A stretch of 64,000 nt of DNA from Stegostoma tigrinum. Taxonomy: Eukaryota. Shown here piece after piece: positions 61,526 to 64,000 of the stretch. The notes under the pieces are model-generated. The model did no database searches. It worked only from the letters and a program-made list of their open reading frames with translations, and was not told where the DNA came from. Position numbers and translations under genes: made by a program. Position 1 is the stretch's first letter, and each line of letters starts with the position of its first letter. The DNA lies in the NCBI RefSeq assembly GCF_030684315.1, contig NC_081373.1:40401989-40465988 (forward strand). Direction: 5' to 3'.

Positions 61526-63559
61526 TTTTTAAAACTTTTGTGTATAAAAGGAGCACTGATTGATTACAAATTTTCTTGAATGAAACTGGTGCTAAGAATA
61601 AAAAAAAACACATCTTAACAAAACTGGGAAGTCAGCAAAAGTCTCCAACAAAAGGGGAAAAAATATTTTTGCCTTTTCTAAAATCATTCCTTGCCCTGAC
61701 TTAAACCTTCCATAACAACCTTGGTATTATTTACAAACTTGAATATTCTGACTTCTGTTTCTAAATCATTAGCATTGGTATCGTTGATGCTACTTACATT
61801 GAATTAGGCAGAATTTACAGCACAGCAACAGGCAATTCGGCCCACTCAGTCTGTCCTCCAGTTTATACAATCCAATATATTTCAACCTTTTCACATAACT
61901 TTCTATTTCCTTTGCTCAAGCGGTTCCTCTGGAAAGTATTTCAGCTATTTGCCTCAACCCATTCCTGATGTGACAGAATCTGTGGTCAGAATGTATACTT
62001 CTGGGGTAGATCCTCGTTGAAGAAAGAACCTGATGAAGGAGCCTGATCATCCCAGGTGCTAAGGAAGTCAAGATTGGAAACTAAAACTTGTGATTGAACT
62101 TGTGCGATGAGTCCAGTAGTATACTTAGGCTGAAGAAGACACATGCTGGAACTGAGAATATTCAAAGATATGGTTATTGTCACCAAATACACTGCTTAAA
62201 GATAGTCTGAATGGTGTAGATCCATTATTCTTAACAAGAGCAGCATTGAGGAAGTTCTGCAGGCATGTGGTACTTTTGGTGTAAAGCATGTACATTTTGG
62301 CAATGTGATGCACTTGGCTGAGAGATCAAGTTAAATCCTAGAAGAATCGTTAAAATTCTTTGTGGGGGAGATGATGTTTTCAAGGACTTAGTGATTAAGA
62401 TTGCTGAGTGGACTGCTGGACCACTTCGTAAGATCTGATTATTGTATCTGCACGCTATTGATGTGTAATTTACATTTTATAATTGACTGCAATTTTCCTG
62501 CTAATTCACATTTAAGTTGCATTGATTTGAGGTTTTAAATTAAAGGAAGTTATTTTAAAATAGATTTAGTCGATGGTTTATTTTATTTTAGGTGATGAAA
62601 TCTTGTGGTTTCCTTCTTTCAGTATGCAACTGGGACTTTGGAATTCATCTTTTTCTAAAATTATGATACTGGCCTTAACCAAGACTTTTACATTCTAACC
62701 ACTCTGACAACATACACTTCTGTTTCTTTACATTTGGAATTATTAGAAATGATTATATCATAATTTAGGATTCTCTGACAATTGAATCAGATGTTCTTCA
62801 AGAACATGAGCATCTGGAGTTGGGTAAATTCCATTCCCATAAACCCATTCCTGTCAGGAAGGTCAGGTAGGAGCTGGACCAAGTTGAGTCCATTTTCTCC
62901 AGAGGCAAGCCTGAGGTAGCAAGGAAGGTGGGTTAGCAAGCTAGAAGGCTAACTTCCAATTATTCAGACATTGGGTGTAATAGCAACTGTCAGGCCCTCG
63001 AATTCTCGCTTCATTATGAATGCTTGTCTGGGATTCAAGGTTGACAAAGCCACTTAGTTCAGCAGAAAATGTTTACACAGTTTGAAGAGGCATTGGCAGC
63101 ATTGTTTAGATGTCATCCATCTATACCAAGCTAATTTATCTCCATGTTTGTCAAATGTGTATGCTTGTTTACACAAATTTGAGAGGTTAATAATGGACAA
63201 ATGCTTGTTGAAATTAATACAATGAATATTATTGATTGACAGTTCATGCAAAGTTAAAAAGGGCAATGCACTTGAAACAGAATGATTTTTCTTTTAGTTT
63301 CCAACAGGGAATGAGAGGTTGACGTGATCAAATAACCATCACAAAGCAGCGAAACAAGTCTACTAGTGGAATGGACCCAACTCCATTCAAATTTTGGGGG
63401 GGGTTAGTGGGTGGTGATGGGGTTGGAGTGATCCCAATGGAACTGGCAACAGTGGGAGCACTGTGCAGCTAGCTGTACCTTTCATCACACACAGAGAAAA
63501 TTCCCAGAAACAGGAATTTGAGGAGTAGGAGGCAGCAAGAATCCTGGAATCCTATCTCC

Positions 63560-63810
63560 CATTTCTTAAGGTTTTCTGTTTCAGCAAAATCCAGATCAAT
63601 CACCCAAACATTTACCCTGTCAATTCAATCATTAGCTTGATATATTCTGTCAGGTTTCTTATGAGGCTTCCGTTTTACAAAGAAAAATGCTCCAATATGT
63701 TCAACTATCCTGATTGCAGTATTTTGTCCATTCTGATATGAACCTTGTAAATATTTTTATACTTCCTCCCATGTTTCTATGTTCTTCTTATGATAAGAGA
63801 CCAGCGGCAA
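63560..63810 (-). mobile_element. Old CR1 3' remnant
   Basis: atttaccctgtca..gaaccttgtaaat..ttcttatgataagagaccag is collinear with 15600-15810 and 45795-45925. Confidence 0.55.
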
Positions 63811-64000
63811 GATTTTTGTGACTCAAATCAGACTGCAAATGAGGCCAGAAAATATTGTGACAACGTTGTGTGACCTTGTCTCCATTCCTGACATAGGAAA
63901 CCTTCATGAAAGTGAGGATAGCATGGGCCTGTGAACTCATCTGTGCTTTGTCAAAGATCATTTTCTGAAACCTTTTGGAATTTTTGGAAGATTTCTACCT

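Overview
This is repeat-dominated vertebrate DNA with no confidently identifiable host gene. The repeat repertoire (HE1/V-SINE, CR1-type LINEs, Neptune-type Penelope-like elements (PLEs), Harbinger Myb remnants) points to a cartilaginous fish, most likely a shark; this is inferred from family recognition, not from a search. The only long intact ORF (498 aa, minus strand) is the RT plus GIY-YIG region of a young, 5'-truncated PLE with a 14-bp target-site duplication (TSD). About 13 minimal hammerhead-ribozyme motifs lie in PLE ends, including three short palindromic insertions with their own TSDs. The most unusual structure is a ~1.7-kb array at ~25260-26975. There a ~15-bp direct repeat (consensus ~ATAAAGCAGACCCAG) recurs about 10 times and separates different RNA-derived cassettes: a U6 snRNA copy, six copies of a short tRNA-like SINE, and variably truncated copies of a second unit with a related 3' tail. 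This layout suggests repeated sequence-specific retro-insertion into a self-regenerating target. The same SINE lies directly behind a tailless initiator-tRNA-Met copy at 51630. An ORF1-less LINE at 54998-57910 begins with a tRNA-SINE-like 5' end shared with SINEs in this window. All alignments were done by eye and repeat boundaries are approximate.
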